Shown one piece after another: positions 50,385-64,000 of a stretch of DNA of 64,000 nucleotides. Source of the DNA: Octopus vulgaris (lineage: Eukaryota); assembly GCA_951406725.2 (NCBI GenBank), contig OX597815.1:16740001-16804000 (forward strand). The letters run 5' to 3'. The notes under the pieces are model-generated. The model was not told the DNA's origin. It saw only the letters and a list, made by a program, of their open reading frames with translations, and did not search any database. The position numbers and the translations under genes were made by a program. Each line of letters starts with the position of its first letter. The first letter of the stretch is position 1.

Positions 50385-50560
50385 CTACACACATTTTTTT
50401 CTCTCCTTGTTTCTCTTGTTGTTTCTTTCTGTGTCCCTTTCTGTAGAAGAGCGTAGGCTCGAAATGTAAAAGACTTTTTTCTATTCCTGAGCGTTATACT
50501 AATACATCTGTTTGTTTTGTACACCACCTGTCTTCGTTTTTTGTTTTTTTTGTAAACTCT

Positions 50561-50563
<3 letters not shown>
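50385..50563 (+). mobile_element. Short element with a variant hammerhead motif, adjoining (TA)n
   Basis: cttt-CTGTAGA-a-gagc(gtag)gctc-GAAA-tgt-a-aaag at 50437-50472; downstream ttcctgagcg shared with the 14060/20219 family. Confidence 0.6.
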
Positions 50564-50619
<56 letters not shown>

Positions 50620-50699
50620 CATGCACACACACACATTTTACTTTGTAGTTTCAGCTCAGAACAGTGGTCATGCTGGAGCACCGCCGTTTTGCTACACTG

Positions 50700-51497
50700 T
50701 TATTACTGAGAGCCTCCTCTAATATCTGGCACTTGGTGAAGAATGGAGTTTGATGTAGCTACTCTCATTTGCACCTCTTGCCGTGAGGTAGGTTCATCTG
50801 GGACTCTTGACAGGAAGAGGTGCAACCTTGATTTAAAAACGCCTACATCTATTTTGTGCAGGTTCCTCAGGCTCTTTGGGAGAATATTAAAAAGCTGTGG
50901 GCCCCTGACACCCAGGTTGTTGCAGTAACTGGTCCTGAAGCGTGATGGCATTGCTGGGATCTTTGGCACTATGCAGTGTCGTCCCGTTCTAGCATTGGTG
51001 TAGCTTACCTTGCCAAAATTTGGCACAGTTCCTTCCAGGATCTTCCAGATGTATATTACTGCCTACCTCTCCCGCCTTCGCTCCAGGAAATAGAGTCTTA
51101 GCTGCTTCTGCCGTTCCCTGTAGCTGAGCTGTTGCAAAGAGACAATCTTCTTTGTGAAGCTTCGCTGGATTGTTTCAAGGTCCGCTGTTAATTTTACACT
51201 GTTGGATGACCATAGCTGTGAGCAGTAATCCAGGTGGCTGAGGACCATCATAGTTTCCTTATTTCTGGTTCTGAATGTTCTCAGGATTCATCCAGCGAGT
51301 CGCCTGCACTTTGTCGCCATCCTGGTAATGTGCATTTCGAAAGTCGATACCCAGGTCCCTCATTGATTTAGGCTTTGGGATTGTAATTCCTTGTGGACCA
51401 GTGTACCCTGTAAGTTTCATATTCAGTTTTGGACGGTGGTAGCGCAGGGCTTGGAATTTTTCAGCATTAAACTGCATGTTATTATCCTCAACACATT
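50700..51497 (-). mobile_element. CR1/Jockey-group LINE 3' fragment (pseudogenised)
   Basis: NNMQFNAEKFQAL...RDLG...SHLDYCSQLWS...LETIQRSFTKKI...YRER...L.LY.LERRRER...GPQLFNILPKSLR. Confidence 0.88.
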
Positions 51498-51695
51498 TAT
51501 GAAAAATCATTTACATTTGTCTTTATATAGTATATTTCAGGTTCATTGTTCTTGCTTGTTAAATTCACAAAAATACTCTTAAGTACCAAGTACTCTTAGC
51601 TGAAATAAAACTGTACTGTCAAAGTTCCTGTACTCTTTCTTCAGATAATAAAAGTCTTGTTGTTGTCGACTACAATCAGTCTTCTTGGATTCTGT

Positions 51696-51740
<45 letters not shown>

Positions 51741-51741
51741 T

Positions 51742-51921
51742 TTTATCTTTTACTTGTTTCAGTCATTAGATTGCGGACATGCTGGGGCATCGCATTGAAG
51801 GCCTTTAGTCACGTTTAAAGCACTTGGTACTTATTCTTTCGGTCTTTTTTGCCGAAACTGTTTAGTTACGGGAACGTAAACAAATCAACACCGGTTGTCA
51901 AGCGATCGAGGTAGACACACA

Positions 51922-51988
<67 letters not shown>

Positions 51989-52150
51989 CAGGCTTCTTTT
52001 CAGTTTCTGTTTTCCAAATCCACTCACAAGGCTTCAGTCAGCATGAGGCTTTAGTTAGAAAACACTTGCCTATGGTGCCACGTAGTGAGACTGAACCCGG
52101 AACCATGTGGTTGAGAAGCAAGCTTCATACCATATAGCCATTCCTGCACC
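51742..52150 (-). mobile_element. SINE family B, diverged full-length copy
   Basis: Colinear with 59961-60369, with an expanded internal (GT)n. Confidence 0.8.
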
Positions 52151-54572
52151 TACATACACACACATATATATATATAGTTTAGTATTACTATTATTTAACC
52201 ACATTATGTAACTGATGGTATCCAGTTACACGTTTTCAAGAAGTAGTTTTATACAATTCACATGCCTAAGTGTATATTATATTTGAACACACTATTTAAT
52301 TTGCTAACAAGTGATTAGAATTTAATCGCGTTTTTTATTATTTTGTTTTCTGCTTTTTAGCTTACGTGCATATTTTTCTTTGCGATTGAATCTTGGCAGT
52401 TATAAAACATTCCATAAACGTCAAATGTGTGTAGTTGAGATTGAAATAAAGTGCTTTTTCAAAATAAATCAAAGAAATACCAAAAAAATATATTTTCAGA
52501 AAATCCTAACAACCCCAAACAAATATAAAATTAGAAGCTAAAAAAGGACGTTTTAAAAGTTGTAATGAAAATGGTGTAAAAGGGGGAAAAAATTAATGAG
52601 ACGTATGATAGGCATATGGATTAAGTTAAGAATTCAGTTTTAGATGTAATAAAAGTGCATTACTGGTTGGTTATTGATAAGATGGGTATAGCAACAATGC
52701 ACTTTTAAGTAAGTATCAATCAGAATGTTTAATTTATATTACGTGACGTTAGGTTCAATCTCTGCGTACTTTTGAAAAAAGGTCTTCAGCCTTTACGAGT
52801 TTAGCAAACTCTTGTGAGAGAGATTTGCTCGATATAAAACTTCGTGGAAATCGTCTGAAGGATTATCTCTGTTTCTTTTTCATTATAAAGTAGACTTTAG
52901 TTGTCTCCACCTCCGTTTGAAATAAGTATCCGGCTCTTGGGTGCCTTTAGCGGAGACCACTCTGTCGCAAGCATTTGACCGAGGTCTCTGGTCTGGTTAG
53001 AGTATAACTGCCACCCTTTCTCACTCACCGCCTGTGTGAAAAAAAGTCATGGGTGCTGCTCTTCGCTTCCAAAGTAACTTTAATGAAAGAATATTTTATA
53101 AAACGGATGAAAGTTTTAATGGGAAAGAGTGACAGCCACATGGATTAAGAATTCAGTTTTAAATGTAATAAAATATAAAGATTGACTGCTTATTGATAAG
53201 AAGGATGAAAAAGCAAACAAACAAACAAACAAATGAAACGTATCATTTTATTTGACAATTATAATGATAGCTAATCGATAAGATTAGTTAATGGGAATCG
53301 AAGAATTGACAGACATCACATAGTGAAGTAACATATTGATCCCGAAGACACAGAAGGATTGAAACTGAACGTAGTACATCGTTTTGTTCAGACCCAAGAT
53401 AGACCAAACCTATGATCGAAGGCATTAAAGGTTAACTGTCCAATTTTTCTTGATGTATTATCCAATGTGTTCTTCCCCATTTCTTAAGGTGCAGGGTGGG
53501 GATGTGATACGAGGGGATGTGATAACTGCGATTCTTTACCGGACAACCATAAGCTCCATTCTTAAGCTATTGTTGTGCTTTTAATCCATATCAGTCCTAA
53601 TAGAGCCTACTCATGATTTAAGGCTTACAGTCATAAGCCATTCGCCCTTTTTGGTGTACCAAGGGTTTTATTAATCTTTCTATTCTTCCCCGCGTCACTT
53701 TTTAAAGACATTAGAATGTGATTTGAGAGAAATTTGGCTCTTGTGTAGAATAGTGGCCAAATCTTCCCTGAACCACTCCATACCATTTAAATTATAGATG
53801 AGCGCAGTTTCAATATAATGGACATATATATTTAGGTCCCTTTCTTCTGTTCCTTTTCGCACGATCCTTTCAATTACAATTCATAAAAATACACGCTCAT
53901 ATTAACACACACACACATACTCATACACACACATACACTCACACACATACACTCACACACACACACACACACACACACACTGATGCACACATACACACAG
54001 GCACACTCACATAACACATACATACATAGTACACACACAGATCTTTGATATTTATTTGACTGATGTCAGTCACTGGACTGCAGCCACGAAGGGATTTAGC
54101 TTGAAGAGTTTTAGTTAATTGAAAGAAAGAAGAGAGATTAAAACTATTGGAGAAGGTTGTTACTAATGTCTCTCACCATTAATACGTTGGAACCGAGAGC
54201 GATGAGATGATTGGCAGTAGGGTTAAAGAGATTGCTCTTCTTGGGAATGTGATACACTGTTTCGTATTTAGAGATATCGGGATATATCCTTATAGAGTGA
54301 TTGAAAGAGAGAAAGAGAGCGCAATTGAAAAGATTTTGTGAGGCTAGAGGCTAGTTTTAAGGCGCATAGTTTGAAGATAATGGAGGAGGCATTGCTAGAA
54401 TCTTAGAACCAATCTATTCGACTGCTCGCCTCCGCAAACCCTCTGACTCCGTGTTTGTATGATAAATACAATAAAAAAAAGAAGTGAATCATTGATTGAA
54501 TAAGGGAGATAATTTTGGAAGTGTGAATTACTTTCAAAGAGAGTAATTTTACTTTTGTCTTCTTTTCGAATG

Positions 54573-54936
54573 GTGTGTGTGTGTGTGTGTGTGTGTTCGT
54601 GTGTGTGTTTGTGTGTGTGTGTGTGTATGTGTGTGTGTGTGTATGTGTGTGTGTGTTCGTTTGTGTGTGTTTGTGTGTGTTTGTGTGTGTTTGTGTGTGT
54701 GTGTGTTTGTGTGTGTTTCTCTGTGTATGTGTGTGTATATGTGTGTGTGTTCGTTTGTGTGTGTTTGTGTGTTTGTGTGTGTTTCTCTGTGTATGTGTGT
54801 GTGTGTTCGTGTGTGTGTGTGTGTTTGTGTGTGTTTATGTGTGTGTGTTTCTGTGTGTGTTTCTGTGTGTGTATGTGTGTATGTGTATGTGTGTATGTGT
54901 GTGTGTGTGTATGTGTGTGTGTGTGTGAGAGAGAGA
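54573..54936. repeat. (GT)n compound microsatellite
   Basis: Visible directly. Confidence 0.95.
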
Positions 54937-55231
54937 TAAAATGTACAAGTTAGTTGCCTATCCATTATTTTTGCGGTCATCAGTCCGTCCCCGATGACTC
55001 AGTTTCACATAGCGATGCGTGTGTTTACCTGTCATATACCTGTTTGGGGAAACCGAAGCAAGCAAAGGCCGCTCCACCTGGCATCACAGAAGCGACCTTT
55101 TTGAAGTCAATGAAGAAACAACAGTTGAAGAAAAACCGAACGACGCAAAATGATAAAGATTAACACGAATGACGCAAACAACAAAAAACCGTTCGCATCG
55201 CCGACTTTTTCCTTGTCTTTTAATCTTTACA

Positions 55232-55320
55232 ATGAGTGGTTTTCAACGCCTTCACTATGGGGAGAACCACCCAGTCAGGAAGAAATGGAGATTGTCGGAC
55301 ACGAGAAGCAACCGAAGACG
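55232..55320 (+). CDS. Candidate first coding exon (MSGFQRLHYGENHPVRKKWRLSDTRSNRR.), unknown gene
   Basis: ATG with A at -3 in relatively CpG-rich unique sequence; open frame to a consensus donor ACG/GTGAGT; no downstream exon identified. Confidence 0.35.
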
Positions 55321-56209
55321 GTGAGTAAATTATGTAACATAGAACTGTTTATGATTCTTTTGTATGGTTGATCACAGAGAACTTAATGTTTGATATATGC
55401 ATAATAATATGGGAAACAAGTATTTTAGCGAAGAGATGCGAGAAATTTAAAAAAGAAAACACAGGGCATAACGAAGAATTAAAAGAGAAGGAAGTGAAGA
55501 CAAAAAAAGAACTGTATTATATTATGAAATAAAAGGAATAAAGAAATATATTGAGATATGTTATCGATCAGTTATATCTTAGAAATGACTCATAACGTAA
55601 TACAAATGGCTGTAATGTACAGAAGTGAGAGGAACGTATAATCAACATTTGGGCATATTGTTGTGTATTATAACTGCATTTCAGATAATTGTTCACGAAG
55701 TGTTAAGGTATGCTATTACCCGAAGTTCAGTGGTGAATTAAGAGAATGCATGAAGTGCATGATGGCTGCTTTCGTTGCTGTTGCATCATAGAGATGTTAC
55801 TGAAGATAATTAGTTGCAATGACAAGAAGTAAGGAATATTACAAACGTGACGTTCATTCGTATATGCTGTTAAGTGTTCAGCAGAAGAATGCACGTGATG
55901 CATGTATTGGCGTTCACTCCACGTCGGTCGGTGCACATTAGAACACACTTCAATGCATACGTGCTTTCTTTGAGTTGAGAATTGAATTGCCTGCCTAGCA
56001 ATATAACGCTGAAGAGAGAGGTCTCTATGCAGTCGTTCGACTTCGCTAGAATAGTGACCAAATCTTCCTTGACCCACACCATACCGTTTAAAAACTGAAG
56101 GATACACTCAATATATATATATATATTCTTTCTTTATCCCCGTCTGTCTTGATAGACAATGGGTTGCGCCAAGGGTGGGGCCTACTTTGATGATGTGCAG
56201 CGTCTGCTG

Positions 56210-56249
<40 letters not shown>

Positions 56250-57189
56250 ATCGACTTAATCCCTTTGTCTGTCCTTGTTTGTCCCGCCTGTATTTAGCCA
56301 CTTGTGGGTAGTAAAGAAATATATATATATATATTCCTCGATACACATATACTTAGTAAAAAAAACAGGAATTCGAATGGTACCGTTTGGAACACCTTTG
56401 AAAAAAGGTCTGGTTGCTTAATCTTCTAGAAATAGCAGTGAAATCTCCATGAAAATACGTTCGTCATCTTGATAATAAAGAGACAATCCAGATAAAGTAA
56501 TCCTAGATTTAATTTTATAAATAAAAATGTTATAGTGGAATATTGAAGAAGCATCTTGTTGTGGAATATGATGCGTAGTAGATATCAACATTTTGGGAGA
56601 TGGACTCTTCGTGGGAGAAGACCATTATTTTCGATACTAACCATCATAAACCGAGTGGTTCTGGTTATATCTTCATTTTCTAAAAGAAATAAAAAACGGC
56701 TTCTAAACACCAGAATATATAAAAAAAAATCAACAAGCAAGCACAAAACAACAACTGATGCTTAATTAATAGAATTACAAACGGATATGTGAAGAAAATG
56801 GCATAATGCCGATGTCTTGGAGACCAAATCTAATTTTGTTTGTTAAGGTTGTTAACAAACAGATTATGATATTAATGTTTATAGACTTCAGTTATCCGTG
56901 CAAGTTCTTCCGTGTGATTCAGCTACACGTCTGTTCTAATTAGTCTATGCAGTTTTCTTAGCCAAACATAACTAGTTAAAACTCCAACGATCGTTGTTTA
57001 ACGCACGCACGCAAGTACCCCGCCCATCACACACACACACACACATATGCGCACGGAAGCACATACACACATATCAACACACCGGTATACTGCATTCATT
57101 AGTGTGTGTGTGTGTTTAATAACAGAGTTATATTGCACTAGTTAGCAGAATCCTGCCGCAAAATATGGGTAGCTTAGGTGCGTGCTGTG

Positions 57190-57190
<1 letters not shown>

Positions 57191-57275
<85 letters not shown>

Positions 57276-57295
57276 ATCCATCCATCCATCCATCC

Positions 57296-57367
<72 letters not shown>

Positions 57368-57562
57368 GTCTGTCTGTCTGTCTATGTATGTATGTATGTA
57401 TGTATGTATGTATGTATGTATGTATGTATGTATGTATGTATGTATCTACCTACCTATCTGTCTTTCTGTCTGTCTATCTGTCTGTCTGTCGGTCTGTCTA
57501 TGTATGTATGTATTTAAATATGTATGTATGAATGTATGTATGTATGTATGTATGTATGTATG

Positions 57563-57623
<61 letters not shown>

Positions 57624-57720
57624 GTGTGTCTATCTATCTGTCTGTCTGTCTGTCTGTCTATGTATGTATGTATGTATCTATGTATGTATGTATGTATGTA
57701 TGTATGTATGTATGTATGTA
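57191..57720. repeat. (TATC)n/(TATG)n compound microsatellite
   Basis: Visible directly. Confidence 0.97.
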
Positions 57721-57744
57721 TTTATGTTAGTTAGTTAATTAGTT

Positions 57745-57937
57745 AATTTTTTGGCTCAAAAAGCAAAAAGCAAGGCCATGTTGGGGGACATGGAGATATG
57801 TACAGGGTGGTGTTCATGTAAAAAGTTCAGGCCACTTGAAGTCAAGGGAGACTTTGAACCGAGCGGTCGTCGGCATCTTCATCATCTCGTCTGACAGCTT
57901 ATTCCACGGATCCGCAACCCGGACGGAGAAAGCCCCT
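57745..57937 (-). mobile_element. CR1-group LINE extreme 3' end
   Basis: GAFSVRVADPWNKLSDEMMKMPTTARFKVSLD...*; (TAAC)-like tail. Confidence 0.8.
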
Positions 57938-58403
57938 TTATGTATGTATGTATGTATGTATGTATGTATGTATGTATGTATGTATGTATGTATCTATCTA
58001 TCTATCTGTCTGTCTGTCTGTCTGTCTGTCTTTCTGTCTGTCTATCTACGTATGTATGTATGTATATGGGTATGTATGTATTATGTAGTTTAAGACCGAT
58101 TCGCCACAGGAAGTCAAGTATATGAATAATCTAATTCTTAAGGCAGAATCTAGAAGAGTTGAAGAAATTCCAGACATTGAAGCAAAATCTGGAATTGAAA
58201 TGTATTATAGCAAACTTAGTCAATACTAAAATTATCCTATATGAAAAAGTCTTCTTTTTCACTTAGGATAATTATGGACTCTGCCATAATCAAGAAAATG
58301 GATGAGTTGGGTACGAAAATAAGGAGTAGGTAGAAATATGTTTCCGTATGCCCAGTGTGAACAAGGGCCAGACAAAACGTATTGTGGGATCACAAGCGGG
58401 ATA

Positions 58404-58915
58404 ACTTGACTTGACTTGAGCAGCATTCACCCGGGGTGGGTTGAGCTGGTTTCATTCATCCTCAATGCTGCATCTCTCACAAACGCTGACCAGACCTGGC
58501 GATTTGAGGCTAACGACCGCGTGATCTCCAACCACTCCTTATTCCACCGGCGAACGCCGTAGACATAGGGGCCTAGGTTGGATTCCAGATCAGCCTTGAC
58601 TGTCATCAGCCAGGTTTTTCGTTGTCCACCACATCGCTTTCGCCAACCCTGAAGAGGAGCTGGGGCAATTGCTTCGTAGATGAATTCTCTTGGTTGACGA
58701 CGGAGGGCATGACCCAGCCAACGCAGACGTCTCGTTAGGATGACTTGTCGGAGGGAGGTGATTCTGCACTGGTGTCACACCGAATTGTTGGAGACAAAGT
58801 GATGCCATCGGACACGAAGGATGCGGCGTAGACAGAGGTGATTGAAGGATTCTAGTCGCTTGATATCTTCCACCTTCATCGGCCATGACTCGCTGCTGTA
58901 AAGCGAGATAACAGA
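58404..58915 (-). mobile_element. RTE-clade LINE 3' fragment
   Basis: LYSSESWPMKVEDIKRLESFNHLCLRRIL...RRLRWLGHALR...GWRKRCGGQRKTW; (CAAGT)n tail. Confidence 0.88.
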
Positions 58916-59079
58916 GAGGGCTGAGTTCATATGCAGCTGCTCAAGGACAATATGCACATGGCGCATACAAAAAATAGATTCCCTCAAGGGCTCAGATGTT
59001 CTGTAAGAGTACCCGTTAGCTTCTGTTGCCTGGTTAACCTACTAAGTAGTCGGTGTAGATGTTCTGGAAGTATAGTAAT

Positions 59080-59335
59080 CTTCGTATATAATGTTGGTTT
59101 TGTGGTATTTAAGAGTTCACAAAAGGTAAAAAAAAACAACATAGGAAATCACGATCTTTTGAAGGTAATCGAGTGCAAACTTCGAAATCACTGTCAGCAG
59201 CTTCCTGTACTCTGCTAAAAAGTATCGAGAAGTTTCAGTTTTTAATATTAAACTGATTCTATGTATTACTTACCATAAAAACTAACATCCACATATAAAT
59301 ATATACATACGGCCATATATATACATACAATACAA
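59080..59335. repeat. ~255-bp direct repeat, second copy at ~60660-60915
   Basis: cttcgtatataatgttggttttgtgg...ccatatatata present twice, each followed by (TACA)n. Confidence 0.9.
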
Positions 59336-59356
59336 TACATACATACATACATACAT

Positions 59357-59431
<75 letters not shown>

Positions 59432-59960
59432 AACACACATCTATTATTTCTGTTGGCAGCCAAACGGCTCTTCCGTCAGAGTGAAAAAGTAGATTGTACG
59501 ATGCTTGTGTACAAAATGTGACGCTGCATGGCAGCTAGATGTGGACTTTGAAATGGATTTGTGAAGATTAGACAGTAAAAAAGCAAGCATGTGTCGTAGT
59601 GTAATGAAGGTTTCACATGCCGATTAGTGTTAGATGTCATTAGAAAATCTGGTCATTGCTGAAACGGTTCCATGATGTAAATGCAAATGGACATTAGTAA
59701 ACAGGGAGTTGAATGAGAAAGACATTGGATATGTAAACCATTTAGTTCCAGAATTAATTCTCAAAGCTAATAAACACCCATTAAATTCATTCATAAAATG
59801 GTTAGTATTTCTTCTATTTTGATAAAAGTGGCGATTTTGTAGAGTAGTTAGAGCACCGAATAGAATACCAGGTAGTACTAGTTCCAGCTTTACCTTTCAC
59901 CCTTTCAGTTACTGGCCCCTGATTTCTTCGTCTTTCTCTCCCCACCCTTTCCTCTCTCTC

Positions 59961-60369
59961 TTTACTCTCTTTTACTCTCTTTTACTTGTTTCAGTCATTT
60001 GACTGCGGCCATGCTGGAGCACCGCCTTTAATCGAGCAACTCGACCCCGGGACTTATTCTTTGTAAGCCCAGTACTTATTCTATCGATCTCTTTTGCCGA
60101 ACCGCTAAGTAACGGGGACATAAACACACCAGCATCGGTTTTCAAGCAATGCTAGGGGGACAAACACAACCACACAAACACACACATATATGTATATACA
60201 TATATACGACAGGCTTCTTTCAGTTTCCGTCTACTAAATCCACTCACAAGGCTTTGGTCGGCCCGAGGCTATAGTAGAAGACACTTGCCCAAGGTGCCAC
60301 ACAGTAGGACTGAACCCGGAACCATATGGTTGGTAAACAAGCTACTTACTACACAGCCACTCCTGCGCC
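59961..60369 (-). mobile_element. SINE family B, full length (tRNA head, CORE-like GGCACCTTGGGCAAGTG, (AAAAGAGT)n-type tail)
   Basis: A-box TGGCTGTGTAG, B-box GGTTCAGTCC, repeated tail. Confidence 0.9.
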
Positions 60370-60939
60370 TATTGAGAATTGACTTCAACTGATAAGATGA
60401 TATCTTGTAAACTGCAGCTAAAGGAAATCAACGGAAAATCAACTTTGTATTCTCCTACAAAAGTTCTATAATAGGTACATGGTTCAGTTAAAGAAATTAA
60501 CCGTTGTTTTGTTGAGTTGATGACACACAGCAGAAAGGGACCTAAATTATTAAGTCAATAACGATCCGAATGACTAGGTTAATATAAATTCTAATAAAGA
60601 CAAGTAATTCATTTGAAAATCCGGCATTAACTGATTTTGATGTAATTTGTACCCACATTCTTCGTATATAATGTTGGTTTTGTGGTGTTTAAGAGTTCAC
60701 AAAAGGAAACAAAAATCATAGGAAATCACGATCTGTTGAAGGTAATCGAGTACAAACTTCGAAATCACTGTCAACCGCTTCCTGTACTCTGCTAAAAAGT
60801 ATCGAGAAGTTTCAGTTTTTAATATTAAACTGATTCTTTGTATTACTTACCATAAAAACTAACATCCACATATAAATATATACATACGGCCATATATATA
60901 TATACATACAATACATGCATACATACATACATACATACA

Positions 60940-62606
<1,667 letters not shown>

Positions 62607-62933
62607 TAATACATTAGGTTGCATGTATGTAAATCTATTTCGATCATTTTGGTCACGTCAGATAAATTTCAATTATATATATATTAGGATTGTTCTATTA
62701 ATGCAGTCAACTCTGATGAGAACCTAATACGAGTAGAAAATCAGTTAAAGCTGTTCATGGTTTTTTCAGTCTCTGGAGGAATAACTAAATTTGCCATCTT
62801 ATATGTCTACTGCGTAGGTTTTATACGTAAGTGTGCTTGCACCCGCGTGCGTGTATATGCGTATGGGTATAATAGACACATATTTATATAAATATAAATA
62901 TATATACATACATTATATATATATACATATATA

Positions 62934-63250
62934 CTAGTGCTAGTGCATGCATATATAGCTGCGCGCGTGTGCACATACACGCGAGTACTGTCCAAATCTC
63001 CGACCAATCACATACAGCTAGCTGGCATTCAATTAGCGTATCAAGTTTCGGGCATTTTGATTGGGTTTTGGATAGAAAATCCACAAAAATCCACTTCTAT
63101 TGATTTTTTAGTGGCTTTGCGGGGTGACTGGGGAAATGTAAAGATGTGCACGACCACCCTTGGACGGTTTTAAATGACCATAGAAAGTGCGAGCCCTCTA
63201 ACTGAAAAATTGTGGATTTGTATAAAGGACACACACACAGACATTTTGCC

Positions 63251-63260
<10 letters not shown>
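62934..63260 (-). mobile_element. Probable Helitron-derived fragment
   Basis: Minus strand begins (TA)n-AACGGCAAAATGTCTGTGTGTGTG, like Helitron 5' ends; CTAG motifs near 62934-62943 but no clear 3' hairpin. Confidence 0.45.
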
Positions 63261-63311
<51 letters not shown>

Positions 63312-64000
63312 AGACATTTGATTCTATTTTCTGTTTATTATCAAATATATATAGTAAAAGATGTTCAGTGTGAAGAATTATGGTTAGTGATTATAATCTT
63401 AACTTTTAAAGCATGTGTAACACTCCTATTAAAGTGTTACAACTATTTCGGATAGCCAACTTTGTTTCCTTCTTTGAGTCAATATCTCTTCAGTAGCTTT
63501 TTGAGAATTAACTGACAAAATCCCCGAGGAAATTTTGTTTTCACTCTAACAGCAGGACTTACAAGTTTAAGAGCCCTCTCTTCTGCATATTCAGTGTGTT
63601 TAATTTCTTCAAGAAGCAATGTTCAAAGAGAAAAAAATGTACTCGAAATAAAACGTTAGTCGGTGAGAACGAAGTCACCATAATTTGGGTTTATGATGAG
63701 ATTCCTGAATGTAAATAAAGCGATAATTACACAGGAAAATTGTGTTATGTGGAAAAGCTAGTAAAACATTTCCAAGTTGATGAAACATTACACTTGTGCA
63801 CACACACAAACACGCACACAGAGGACAGAACAAAACACACGCACATACACACTTACACACACGAGTAGTTAATATCGGAATGATATAGAATTCTGCAGGC
63901 TTTTAGCTTCTAGTCAACAATATTTTCTGTGATTTATATGGTAACAGCTAATCTTATTTAAGCGAGTAGTAAAATCGAGTTATTTTTAAAATTTGGCTTC

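Overview
Repeat-dominated, AT-rich animal genomic DNA. The SINE families resemble those I recognise from Octopus, so a cephalopod origin is inferred. No intact host gene is evident; there is one candidate first coding exon at 55232-55320. The window holds at least five tRNA-derived SINE types (one forming head-to-tail multimers), 3' fragments of LINEs (Tx1/L1, CR1-like, RTE, R4/Dong-like), mariner elements (including a full-length dead Hsmar1-like copy), a decayed hAT transposase, non-autonomous Helitrons, MITEs and very large microsatellite fields. A ~6.4 kb near-identical duplication across a 100-N gap is probably an unmerged contig overlap. The most notable signal is a set of short elements in (TA)n tracts, often with fold-back structure, that carry minimal type I hammerhead ribozyme motifs (CUGAnGA...GAAA with a palindromic stem III), typical of Penelope-like or retrozyme-type retroelements. 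Nearly all ORF-track ORFs derive from microsatellites or SINEs.
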